From Chloroflexota bacterium (GTDB lineage: Bacteria > Chloroflexota > Dormibacteria > CF-121): a stretch of DNA of 58,549 nucleotides. A program made the translations under genes and the position numbers. Each line of letters starts with the position of its first letter. Within the stretch, counting starts at the first letter, position 1. The notes under the pieces were generated by a model that saw only the letters and a program-made list of their open reading frames with translations, was not told where the DNA came from and did no database searches. The stretch is taken from assembly GCA_005880395.1 (NCBI GenBank), contig VBHQ01000161.1, positions 1 to 58,549 of the forward strand, in the 5' to 3' direction. Positions 24,773 through 33,203 of the stretch are shown in pieces.

Positions 24773-25688
24773 CTAGTCCCGAGCAGGTTCCTTGACGGTC
24801 TGCTCCAGGATGTCGCTGATCACGCGGTCGGTCGTGATACCGTCGGCTTCGGCTTCGAACTGCAGAAAGACGCGATGACGCAGCGCGGCGGGGGCGACGG
24901 CGTTGACATCGTCGAAGGCGACATTGAAGCGGCCCTCCAGGAGGGCCCGGACTTTGCCGGCGAGCACCAGGGTCTGCATGCCACGCGGGCTCGCGCCCCA
25001 GCGGACGTACCGCTTGACGCTCTCGACCGCAGTCCGATCAGGATGGGAGGCGCTGATCACGCGCGCCGCGTAGCGGAGAACGTGCTCGGCGATCGGCACT
25101 TCGCGGACGACGCGTTGCGCGGCGAGCATCTCGGCGGCGTCGGCCACCGGCTTCAAGCGCGGCGCCGACTCACCCGTCGTGCGCCGGGCGATCTCGAGCA
25201 GGTCCGGCTCACTGGGAAACGGCACGAGGACCTTGAAGAAGAAGCGATCCAGCTGGGCCTCGGGTAGGGGATAGGTCCCTTCGAGCTCGATCGGGTTCTG
25301 GGTCGCCATGACGAAGAATGGCGACGGAAGCGGCCGTGTCTGGGTGCCGACCGTCACCGTGCGCTCCTGCATCGCCTCGAGGAGCGCGCTCTGGGTCTTT
25401 GGCGTCGCGCGGTTGATCTCATCGGCGAGCACCAGGTTGGCAAAGATGGGGCCGGCCTGATAGCGGAATTCACGGCGTCCCTCGTCCTCGACGATGACGT
25501 TCGTTCCCACGATGTCGGCCGGCATCAGGTCAGGGGTGAACTGAATGCGCGCAAAACTCATCGAGAGCGTCTGGCCAAGCGAGCGGACGGTTTTTCTGGC
25601 CGACGATCAGCCGGGCGAGCTCGGTCTCCAGGCTTTGGGCCAGGTCGGTGACCCGGGCGGCGTCCACGCGCGGTTCTTCGGCGATCAT
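24773..25688 (-). pseudogene. MoxR-family AAA+ ATPase; frame broken near 25590-25600 and most of the Walker A block missing
   Basis: The ATG at 25688-25686 has a GGAGGA upstream and overlaps the upstream stop as ATGA. It gives MIAEEPRVDAARVTDLAQSLETELARLIVGQ and then runs out of frame. Another frame resumes with ..RKTVRSLGQTLSMSFARIQFTPDLMPADIVG and continues through Walker B (LVLADEINRATPKTQSALLEAMQE) to the stop. About 25 residues that normally read ...LLEG-x-PG-x-x (just before KT) are absent. Confidence 0.8.
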
Positions 25689-27289
25689 GATCCTCCCTGA
25701 TTTGGCTCGCCAAGCTGCGAGAAGTACTGATGGATGAGGTCCCGTTCACTGCCTGGAATCAGGCTCTGGTCGGTCGCGTCCTGGGCGGCCTGTTGATAGC
25801 CCTGGATGACCTGGTTATAGGGAGTCAGCGGAACGTCCTGGCCGGGGCCAAGCGGCGTCGGGTCGTTCTGTGTCTGACCGGGCACCGGCTGCCCGGGCAC
25901 GTAGACGCGCTCGGTACTGCTGGTCCCCGAGCCGCTGCCGCTCCCCGACCCCTGCGAACCGGTCCCGCCGGTGCCGCCGCTTCCGCTGCCATTCCCTGAG
26001 CCATTGCCGGACCCATTCCCATTCCCGTTGCCGTTCCCGCTGCCGTTCCCGCTGCCGCTGCCGTTGCCAGTGCCGTTGCCAGTGCCATTGCCGCTGCCAC
26101 TGGCATTGGCGCCGGCGCTCCCGCCGGCCGAGGCGCCCGGGATCGCGTTCGGCTGCCCGCCCTGGCCGCTCGCATCGCGGTCGGCCTGCGAGGCCAGCTC
26201 CTGGCGGGCGGCCTCCAGCCCGTTGATGGCGGAGGCGACGGCCTGGTCCGTGTTCTCCTGCTGCTGCAACGAGTCGAGCTGACTCGCGGCGTCATTCAGC
26301 GCCTGCTGCGCGGTGGCGGTGTCGCCGCTCTGCAGGGCCGATGAGGCCTGGCTCAGCGAATCACGCATCTGGCTGTTCTGCGCCTGTTGCGACGCCTTGC
26401 CGAGCGCCTGCGCGAGCTGCTGCCGGTCCTGCGGCGACAGGTTCTGCAGTTGCGATCCCAGGTTGCGAACCGCCTGCGCGCCCTGTGCCGGGCTCGAGCT
26501 GATCGCTTGCGCCGCGTTCCGGCCGGCGGCCGTTCCGCTGAGCGCATTTGCCAGGTTCTGCGCGCTGCTGCTCAGGGCGGGCGTCCCCGGATCGCTCAAC
26601 CGCTGCAGCTGCTGTTGCGCCGGCGTGATCGACTCGAGGGCCTGGCGCGGGCCAGTCGCCTCGCGGATTTTGGTCTGGGTGTCCTGGAGGATCTTCTGCA
26701 CCTGGGCGTCCTTCGGCGAAGGACTGCTGGTGGTCGCAACCTTCTTTTGTGCGGTGCTCAGCGCCTTCGCGGCGCGCGCCTGGCTTGCCTGGTCGGCCCG
26801 CCGCTGGGCCAGCACCTGGTCCATCGGGTTCGGCAGGACGGAAAGGCCGAGCGCAAAAATCGCGAGGATCGCTATCAGCGAGGCCTCGCCCCGGTTGACC
26901 CGGATCGGGAAGGCACTCGCCAGCTTCGCGCTTTCGGCGCGGCGCAGCGCGTCTTGCCTGAGCGCTGGATCGAGCGGGCCGCTTTCATGGCGACGCTCCC
27001 ACGCGGTCGATAGCCGCTCTTTGAGCCCCAGTCGAAGATCCGCGATCGCCATCAGGACGCCGGCGGTGGGCCGGCGGACGAGCCAGGCGAGACCGGCAAG
27101 GAGCGCCGCGGCCGCGATCCCGATCAGCGCCAGGAAGGCCCGTCGGTCGAATGGGATCACTCGGGCGACGAGCAGGACGCCGGCCACCCAGACGAGCGCT
27201 CCGGCCAGGGCATGGACGCCGTAGCGCGCGGCCCGCGTCCGGGACGCCGCGCGGCGGAGCTCCCGAACGACCTGGTCCAGCGAGCTCAT
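25685..27289 (-). CDS. Membrane protein with a long Q/A/S-rich helical region and a Gly/Asn/Ser/Thr repeat tract
   Basis: 534 aa. TM helices lie near residues 30-75 and 140-160. Long ...AQQ...LQ... helical segments follow, then a ~70-aa GSGNGT-type tract and a conserved-looking tail VYVPGQP...LIHQYFSQLGE. It is joined to both neighbours by 4-nt overlaps. Confidence 0.75.
   Translation of the reverse strand: MSSLDQVVRELRRAASRTRAARYGVHALAGALVWVAGVLLVARVIPFDRRAFLALIGIAAAALLAGLAWLVRRPTAGVLMAIADLRLGLKERLSTAWERRHESGPLDPALRQDALRRAESAKLASAFPIRVNRGEASLIAILAIFALGLSVLPNPMDQVLAQRRADQASQARAAKALSTAQKKVATTSSPSPKDAQVQKILQDTQTKIREATGPRQALESITPAQQQLQRLSDPGTPALSSSAQNLANALSGTAAGRNAAQAISSSPAQGAQAVRNLGSQLQNLSPQDRQQLAQALGKASQQAQNSQMRDSLSQASSALQSGDTATAQQALNDAASQLDSLQQQENTDQAVASAINGLEAARQELASQADRDASGQGGQPNAIPGASAGGSAGANASGSGNGTGNGTGNGSGSGNGSGNGNGNGNGSGNGSGNGSGSGGTGGTGSQGSGSGSGSGTSSTERVYVPGQPVPGQTQNDPTPLGPGQDVPLTPYNQVIQGYQQAAQDATDQSLIPGSERDLIHQYFSQLGEPNQGGS
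25924..26126 (-). repeat. Coding microsatellite-like tract (GGN/AAY/AGY hexamer iterations) encoding (G-N/S/T)n
   Basis: On the plus strand there are runs of gccgtt/gccatt/gccgct/gccagt units, for example ccattcccattcccgttgccgttcccgctgccgttcccgctgccgctgccgttgccagtgccgttgccagtgccattgccgctgcc. The translation is ..SGSGNGTGNGTGNGSGSGNGSGNGNGNGNGSGNGSGNGSGSGG.. Confidence 0.9.
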
Positions 27290-28233
27290 GCGTTAGGCCC
27301 CGACCCAGTCTCCCCCAGAAGGGAAGGAGATGGATGGCGGCGGCCCCAGGGCAGCCGCCGGACCGGCGGTAAGAGCAGGGCGCTGATCACCAGGGCAATC
27401 GCGGAAACTACCAGCCATTCGACGATGCTGGCCTGCCAGTATTGCCAGCCGGCGAAGAGGCCGCTGGGGATCGACGTGCCACTCTGCTGGAAGGGGGGAT
27501 AACTCGGCGGCTGCCCGACGAACGCCTTTCCGATTGGCGCCCCGTTCGCGGCCGTCGCATAACACACCTGCGGCCCGCCGTTGTTGCTGGAGCAGCTGTA
27601 GCCGCCGGAACCGACGAACGGGCCGTTGCGGACGCCATACCCACTGATCGACTGGTTCATGCCGATGGTGATCAGCGGGATCAGCGGGCTCAAGTAGGTG
27701 ATCGCGGGCGGTGCCACCGGCTTGCTCCCGATGATGCCGAGTGTCAGCGCGGCGACCGCCGTGACGAGGAACGCGCTCGCCAGCTGATCGAGCTCGATGC
27801 CGCCAAAGAGGAAGACCAGGCTGAAGATCGGGACTGAGAGCAGCAGGAGCAGGAGCGCGAAGGACATCGAGGCCAGCAGCTTGCCCCAGAGGATCGAGAA
27901 CGGAGGGAGGCGGGTGACGAAGAGCAGGTCCATCGTCTGGCGCTCGCGCTCGCTGCTGATCGCCCCGGCGGTGAGGGCGGGCGTGATGAAGGCGAGCAGC
28001 ACCATCTGGAAGATGATCAACCACAAAAAGAGGCTCTGGCCGAAGCCTGCCGCCTGTCCCGGGTTCAATGAATTCTGAGCCGACGATGCCTCGGAGCTGA
28101 AGATCGCCCAGCCGAGCCCACCGAGCAGCAAGATATAGACGGTCATTGCCGCCGGCGAGCGCCAGGTCCGCATGCGCGAGCGGTATTCCTTCTCAACGAT
28201 CGGGTTCCAGAGCGCGACCGCAATCCGGTTCAT
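27286..28233 (-). CDS. ABC-2 type transporter permease
   Basis: 315 aa. The N-terminus NPIVEKEYRSRMRTWRS is typical of ABC-2 permeases in Bat/gliding-type clusters. Multiple TM helices. Coupled to the ATPase gene by a 4-nt overlap. Confidence 0.75.
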   Translation of the reverse strand: MNRIAVALWNPIVEKEYRSRMRTWRSPAAMTVYILLLGGLGWAIFSSEASSAQNSLNPGQAAGFGQSLFLWLIIFQMVLLAFITPALTAGAISSERERQTMDLLFVTRLPPFSILWGKLLASMSFALLLLLLSVPIFSLVFLFGGIELDQLASAFLVTAVAALTLGIIGSKPVAPPAITYLSPLIPLITIGMNQSISGYGVRNGPFVGSGGYSCSSNNGGPQVCYATAANGAPIGKAFVGQPPSYPPFQQSGTSIPSGLFAGWQYWQASIVEWLVVSAIALVISALLLPPVRRLPWGRRHPSPSLLGETGSGPNA

Positions 28234-29156
28234 CCGATGCCCTCGGTGGTCACCTTCAGGAACGCGGCTTCCAGGCCTCCTTCGAGCTGGGTGAACCCGG
28301 ACACCTTGATACCGCCCGCGATCAGGGCCTGCAGAATGCCGGCGGCGGTCGCCTCATCGCCCTCGAAGGCGGCTTCCAGGGAGCCGTTGCTGACGTCGAC
28401 CTCGCGCACCGACGCCAAGCCCTTGAGCAGGGCGATCGCTTCCTCGCGCTGTCCGAGCACCGTGATGCGCAGCCGGCGGCCGGCGGTCAGCTGCCGAATG
28501 ACGTCCTGAACCCGGCCGGTTGCCCGGAGCTGCCCGTGGTCGATGATGCCGATCATGGTGCAGAGCTCGGTGAGCTCCGGCAGGATATGGCTCGAGATGA
28601 CGATCGTCTTGCCCATCTGCTGCAGCTCTTTGAGGATCTCGCGCATTTCGACCCGCGCCCTCGGGTCCAGCCCCGAAGCGGGCTCATCAAGCAGCAGGAC
28701 GGCCGGATCATGAACCAGCGAGCGGGCCAGGCAGAGGCGCTGCTTCATGCCACGGGACAGCGTGTCCACCGACTGGTCACGCCGGTCCGCCAGTCCCACC
28801 AGCTCCAGCAGATCGTCGGCAATCTTCCGGCGCCGCAGCTTCGGCTGCCGGTAGCAGGCGGCGTAGAAATCCAGATACTCGCCGGCCGTGAGCTGGTCGT
28901 AGACGCCGAAGAAGTCCGGCATGTAGCCCAAGCGGTCGTGAACGCGGTCGGGATGCTGGACGACGTCTGCGCCATCGATGAAGGCGCGACCGGCCGTCGG
29001 GTCGAGGAGGGCCGCCAGAATGCGAAGCGTCGTCGTTTTTCCCGCCCCGTTCGGACCGACGAAGCCGAAGATCTCGCCCTTCGGCACCTCGAATGACACC
29101 GCGTCAAGCGCCCGGCGGTGCCCGTAGATCTTGGTCAGCCCTTCGACGGCGATCAT
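28230..29156 (-). CDS. ABC transporter ATP-binding protein
   Basis: The start is taken at the internal ATG (MIAVEGLTKIYGHRRALDAV...), which overlaps the upstream stop as ATGA. Walker A GPNGAGKTT, signature LSRGMKQRL and Walker B LLLDEPASGLD are present. The 56 codons upstream in the ORF track read as noise. Confidence 0.92.
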   Translation of the reverse strand: MIAVEGLTKIYGHRRALDAVSFEVPKGEIFGFVGPNGAGKTTTLRILAALLDPTAGRAFIDGADVVQHPDRVHDRLGYMPDFFGVYDQLTAGEYLDFYAACYRQPKLRRRKIADDLLELVGLADRRDQSVDTLSRGMKQRLCLARSLVHDPAVLLLDEPASGLDPRARVEMREILKELQQMGKTIVISSHILPELTELCTMIGIIDHGQLRATGRVQDVIRQLTAGRRLRITVLGQREEAIALLKGLASVREVDVSNGSLEAAFEGDEATAAGILQALIAGGIKVSGFTQLEGGLEAAFLKVTTEGIG

Positions 29157-31570
29157 TTGACCGTCCCCGAAACCGTCAACGAACCGGCCAGGAAGCCGCC
29201 GTTGGTGGTATTGATACGCAGCCGGATGAGTCCGGTGCTGGGGTTGACCGCAGCGTCCGGCAGCGTCGTGATGCCGTTGTCCTGGTAGTTGATGTTCGTC
29301 CAGGTCGAGGCGGTCCAGTCCCAAGCCTGTCCCTGGATGCCCGGGCTCGTCGAGGCGGAGCCGCTCGGTCCGACGAACTTGGCACTGTAAGGGTTCTGTG
29401 AGGTGACCGACACCCCGCTCAGCTGCGCCCCTGGTGCCAGCGGCGCAGCGAACTCAAAGGTGACGCTGCCGTTTTGCAGCACGAGCATGCCGGGAGGTCC
29501 ATTTCCCTGGCTGTCACCCACGACATCAACGATGCGCGAGTTGACCACACCGGCCGGCAACGAGCCGGTTCCAATCTGGTCGACCGGAAGCGACAGCACC
29601 ACGGCGGAAAGTGCCGTCGATCGCGGTTGGCTGCCATCGATGGTCACCGGCTGGAAGGTTTGGTGGGTCCAGGCGACCAGCGTCGGATTGACGTAGTTGG
29701 CCGAGCCTTTGAAGCTCTGCCCGGTCGGCAGCAGTGAGAGCACCTGTGACTTGGTGGTCGATTCACGGTCCGCGGTCGATCCGTTTGAGGGGCCGCCGTA
29801 CTGACTGTTGGCATAGATGCGGGTGAAGAGCGGCTGGCCGAAGGGATTGGCCGGCTTCGGCGCCAGGCTGACACTGGTCGTTCCGCCCGGCTTCAGTGCG
29901 CGGAAGATCTCAAAATTGTCGCCGGCGATCAGGACCGCATCGCTGAAGGTCAGGTTCGAATGGTTTTCGATCGTGCCGATGAGCGTGCCGTTGACCAGCC
30001 GGAGCTGCGCGGTCAGCTGCGGCGCGCTGGTCATGCCCTCGGTGGCAAAGCCCCCGAGCGAAAAGGCCGTCATTCCGCTGAGCGTCACCGCGTTGCTGGC
30101 GAGGTCCACCTGCATGCCGGTGTTGCCACTGCTCGGGCCGTAGCTGTTCACGATCGGGCTGATCAGGAGCCGCTCTCCGCCGACCGTCGCGACATAGTCG
30201 CCGCGGCCAGGGGGAATCACGCCCGTATAGATCTCCTGGTAGGCGCGGTCCCATCCGGGCTGCGCGTGCACGATTGCGACCTGGTTGATCTGCACCGACC
30301 GGCCCTTGGTGATGAGGCCGGTGCCATAGGCACCTCCGGCGGCCAGCAGGGCGATCAGTGGAATCGTGACCCAGGCGAGCGCCCGCCGGTGGATCGCGCC
30401 GAGAACGAAGTAGTTCACCGGGCCGACGAGCACCACGTAGAGGATCACAAGCGCCGCGGTCAGTTGCAGCGACGGCAGGTTCAGGCCGGGAAGGTTGCCA
30501 AGCACCGGCGTCAGGGATCCGCTCTTGGTGGCGACCGACGATTGACTGCCGGCCGGGAAGGGACCCCCCGGCCCGCCGCCCAGATACGTCACATTCTGGC
30601 CGCCGCCTCCCGCGTCGAAGACCGAGCGGGCCATCACTTGCCGTAAGACCGTATGGGTATTGCTGCCCACGGCAACGGGCTGCTGATTCCAGTCGAACGT
30701 GGCCAGCGTGACCGTGCCCTGGCCCACGGAGCGATCGATCAACAGGGGCCGCGCGTCCGGGCCGAGCCAGACGTGGCCGCCGGTGAGCTGGCCGGACGCG
30801 ATCTCGACCGCGGACGCGCCGAGCGCCGTCGTGTCGATCACGTTGGTGCCCGTGACGGCCATCGGCAGGATGGACGGTGGCAGCCCGGCGAGCGTCTTGT
30901 GCCATGCGGCGCCCGTTCCGATCAGGAGATTCCCGCCGGCATTGACGAAATCCGTGATTGCCGCTCGCTGTGCCGCCGTGAGACTGTCCGTGGCGAAATC
31001 GTCGATCGCCAGGATGTCGAACGCGCGCAGTGGTACGGCGGCGTCGGGTAGGTCCTCGCCTCGCAGATGCACCACCCGCGCCGCGACGCTGCCGGGATGG
31101 ATCGCGGCAAAATCATCGAGCGTCGTCGACTGGTCGGAGAGGACGCCGATCAGATAGCCGGTGCTGCCCCCCGAAACGGAGTCCCGGGAGGCGATGACGT
31201 GGCCGTTCTGGACGATGCGGGCATTGACCGTCGCCGCCGTATTGTCGATCTCGACGAAGATGCGCACGCGCTTGCTCGCCCCACTGGCAAGGCTGATTGG
31301 CTGCCGATAAAGCGTTAGTCCGGTGACGCCCGGCTGGGCGTTGAGTGACTCCTGGACTTGCAGGACTCCATCGATGGAGACGCCGCTGTTCCGGGCATCG
31401 ATGGTGACCGGCATCCACTGGCCCGCTTTGATCACGTCCTCGTAGCCCGCGTGCACTGTCAGGGCGACCCCGCCGGCCGCGTCAGCGGTAACAGCCAGCA
31501 GGGGCAAGGCCAGCGCGGCGACGATCCCGGCCAGGAAACAGCGAGCGGGCAGGCGGAAGGAGGGCCGCAT
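29153..31570 (-). CDS. Large exported / membrane-spanning protein of unknown function, first gene of the Bat-like cluster
   Basis: 805 aa. Signal-peptide-like N-terminus (FLAGIVAALALPLLAVTADA). Amidotransferase-like stretch (LAIDDFATDSL...FVNAGGNLLIGTG). Central TM helices (LTAALVILYVVLVGPVNYFVLG, WVTIPLIALLAAGGAYG). Beta-rich C-terminal half. Confidence 0.75.
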   Translation of the reverse strand: MRPSFRLPARCFLAGIVAALALPLLAVTADAAGGVALTVHAGYEDVIKAGQWMPVTIDARNSGVSIDGVLQVQESLNAQPGVTGLTLYRQPISLASGASKRVRIFVEIDNTAATVNARIVQNGHVIASRDSVSGGSTGYLIGVLSDQSTTLDDFAAIHPGSVAARVVHLRGEDLPDAAVPLRAFDILAIDDFATDSLTAAQRAAITDFVNAGGNLLIGTGAAWHKTLAGLPPSILPMAVTGTNVIDTTALGASAVEIASGQLTGGHVWLGPDARPLLIDRSVGQGTVTLATFDWNQQPVAVGSNTHTVLRQVMARSVFDAGGGGQNVTYLGGGPGGPFPAGSQSSVATKSGSLTPVLGNLPGLNLPSLQLTAALVILYVVLVGPVNYFVLGAIHRRALAWVTIPLIALLAAGGAYGTGLITKGRSVQINQVAIVHAQPGWDRAYQEIYTGVIPPGRGDYVATVGGERLLISPIVNSYGPSSGNTGMQVDLASNAVTLSGMTAFSLGGFATEGMTSAPQLTAQLRLVNGTLIGTIENHSNLTFSDAVLIAGDNFEIFRALKPGGTTSVSLAPKPANPFGQPLFTRIYANSQYGGPSNGSTADRESTTKSQVLSLLPTGQSFKGSANYVNPTLVAWTHQTFQPVTIDGSQPRSTALSAVVLSLPVDQIGTGSLPAGVVNSRIVDVVGDSQGNGPPGMLVLQNGSVTFEFAAPLAPGAQLSGVSVTSQNPYSAKFVGPSGSASTSPGIQGQAWDWTASTWTNINYQDNGITTLPDAAVNPSTGLIRLRINTTNGGFLAGSLTVSGTVK

Positions 31571-31641
31571 CTACCTCTCTAAGACGCCTGGCGCGATGAA
31601 AAGTTCCGTTCTTGCCTCTGAATGGACGGAGAGTGGCAAAT

Positions 31642-31724
31642 TGCCGGAGGAGGGACTCGAACCCACACGGACTTACGCCCAGGCGCTTTTGAGGCGCCCT
31701 CGTCTACCATTCCGACACTCCGGC
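31642..31724 (-). tRNA. tRNA-Leu (anticodon CAA), class II with long variable arm
   Basis: The reverse complement is GCCGGAGTGTCGGAATGGTAGACGAGGGCGCCTCAAAAGCGCCTGGGCGTAAGTCCGTGTGGGTTCGAGTCCCTCCTCCGGCA. The 7-bp acceptor stem pairs. The anticodon stem is GGCGC/GCGCC with loop CTCAAAA. T-loop TTCGAGT, with one U-U mismatch in the T-stem. CCA is not encoded. Confidence 0.88.
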
Positions 31725-31756
31725 GTGCCGGGCGAGTATATCCAAGGCAGGGCGTT

Positions 31757-31783
31757 GGGAACTTATGAGAAATGGTTGCGTCT
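31757..31783 (+). promoter_or_regulatory. ECF-type promoter (GGAAC-N16-CGTCT) upstream of the sigma/anti-sigma pair
   Basis: GGGAAC at 31757-31762, a 16-nt spacer, then CGTCT at 31779-31783. This lies 19 nt upstream of the ATG, with AGGAAG as a possible RBS. It matches the general ECF autoregulatory promoter pattern. Confidence 0.5.
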
Positions 31784-31801
31784 AAAGGCAGGAAGCGCTG
31801 A

Positions 31802-32389
31802 ATGAGCGATCGCGACCTGGTGGCGCGAGCCCGCCAGGGCGATTCGGAGGCGTTTACCCAATTGATCATGCAGTATCAAGTGCCGCTCTTCAACATGGCG
31901 CTCCGGATGGTCGGCGAGCGGGAGGACGCCGCCGACATCGTCCAGGAGGCGTTCGTTCGCGCCTGGGAGAAGATCCGGACATTACGCGACGCGCCGTTCA
32001 AGTCCTGGCTTTTCCAGATCGCCGCCAACCTTTGTTACGACCACTTTCGTCGTGGTCGGCGGCTGGGCGTGATGCCCGAGGAAGATCGGGGCGGCAACGC
32101 CGTGGCGCTCGGCATCGCCACCCCTGATCCGCAAGATCGCGCCGAGGCGAACGAGCGTCATTCGATCATTCGGGCCGCGATCGCGGCGCTCGAGCATGAC
32201 TTACGAATGGCGATCATTCTTCGAGACGTGAACGGGATGGCGTACGAGGAGATCGCAGCCGTGTTGCGTCTGCCGCTCGGCACCGTCAAATCACGGATCG
32301 CGCGGGCCCGCGCCGCCATGCAGGAGAAGCTCGGCCGTCATCCCGATCTGTTTCCAGCGGCTCGCCGGGAGGATGCCCATGCCGAGTGA
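31802..32389 (+). CDS. ECF (sigma-70 family group 4) RNA polymerase sigma factor
   Basis: 195 aa. Region 2 is FTQLIMQYQVPLFNMALRMVGEREDAADIVQEAFVRAW. Region 4 is MAYEEIAAVLRLPLGTVKSRIARAR. Confidence 0.92.
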   Translation: MSDRDLVARARQGDSEAFTQLIMQYQVPLFNMALRMVGEREDAADIVQEAFVRAWEKIRTLRDAPFKSWLFQIAANLCYDHFRRGRRLGVMPEEDRGGNAVALGIATPDPQDRAEANERHSIIRAAIAALEHDLRMAIILRDVNGMAYEEIAAVLRLPLGTVKSRIARARAAMQEKLGRHPDLFPAARREDAHAE

Positions 32390-33194
32390 GCCGAGGACCG
32401 AGCCGACGCTCGAGGAACTGTCCGCCTACGTCGACAATGAGCTCGACGCCACCACCCAGGGACGCCTCGCCCAGCACGTCGCGGGCTGCCAGGCGTGCCG
32501 GCAGCAGCTCGAGGGCCTCCGCCAGGCGGCCTCGGCCATCCGGGAGCTCCCAATGGAGACGCCGCCACGGCGCTTTACCATCCCCGAGCGCCGCCGCCAG
32601 GCATGGCGCTGGGCGCCGATCGGTTGGGTCGCGAGCGCCGCCGTGGCCGTGCTGGTTGTGGGCGTCGGCGTGTCGCATCTGTTTGGCGGCGGCGGCGCAA
32701 GCATGACGGCGGGCACCGCCAGCCTGAGCCGAACCAGCAACGCCTACGCGCCGCAGGCGGGCTCCGGCGCGGATGCGGCCGGGAAGCTTTACGCACAAAA
32801 GGCGGCCGCGCCGTTTTCCCACGGTGCCGCGGTTAGCGATCCACACAACAGCGCCCGCACGCTGGTGCTCGGTTCCGACTCGTCGGTGTACGCATCGACG
32901 GGAACAATCCGGGTGCGAATCATCCTGCAGGGCTCTCCCGCTTCGGTGACGAGCGCCAGTGGCCAGGGCCTGTCAGTCGTGCTGGTGCGAAGCGGTTCCG
33001 GGGTCGCGCTCGGCAGCCTGACCGGGGTCAGTAGCTCGGATGGAACACCGGTTTTTGGCGGCACCTACGCGATTGCGGCCTTGCCGCTGAGCGATCCGCG
33101 TCCCGGCGATTACACGCTCGTGGCGAGCTGGGCGATTCCGGATGGCTCGGGACGGGTGCTGCAGGCGAGCATCCCGATCAAGATCACCGGCTGA
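32373..33194 (+). CDS. Anti-sigma factor (zf-HC2 type) with one TM helix and an extracytoplasmic domain
   Basis: 273 aa. LSAYVDNELD...HVAGCQACRQQLE is the zf-HC2 motif. TM helix WAPIGWVASAAVAVLVVGVGV. The gene overlaps the end of the sigma gene by 17 nt. Confidence 0.85.
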   Translation: MPMPSEPRTEPTLEELSAYVDNELDATTQGRLAQHVAGCQACRQQLEGLRQAASAIRELPMETPPRRFTIPERRRQAWRWAPIGWVASAAVAVLVVGVGVSHLFGGGGASMTAGTASLSRTSNAYAPQAGSGADAAGKLYAQKAAAPFSHGAAVSDPHNSARTLVLGSDSSVYASTGTIRVRIILQGSPASVTSASGQGLSVVLVRSGSGVALGSLTGVSSSDGTPVFGGTYAIAALPLSDPRPGDYTLVASWAIPDGSGRVLQASIPIKITG

Positions 33195-33203
33195 CCGGTC
33201 GGG

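Noticed and set aside
25924-26126. Possible CRISPR array or non-coding tandem repeat
   Set aside because: The units are 6 nt long with no spacers, they keep the reading frame of the 534-aa ORF, and they translate to a continuous Gly/Asn/Ser tract. This is a coding microsatellite, not a CRISPR array.
29157-29324. 56-codon N-terminal extension of the ABC ATPase
   Set aside because: The extension overlaps the end of the upstream 805-aa gene and reads as noise. The internal ATG 29156 gives the canonical MIAVEGLTKIY start and an ATGA junction.
31579-31869. 96-aa minus-strand ORF and 69-aa plus-strand ORF (31596-31805) in the tRNA / sigma-factor spacer
   Set aside because: Both overlap the tRNA-Leu(CAA) gene and the ECF promoter. 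Neither has an RBS or a plausible protein composition.
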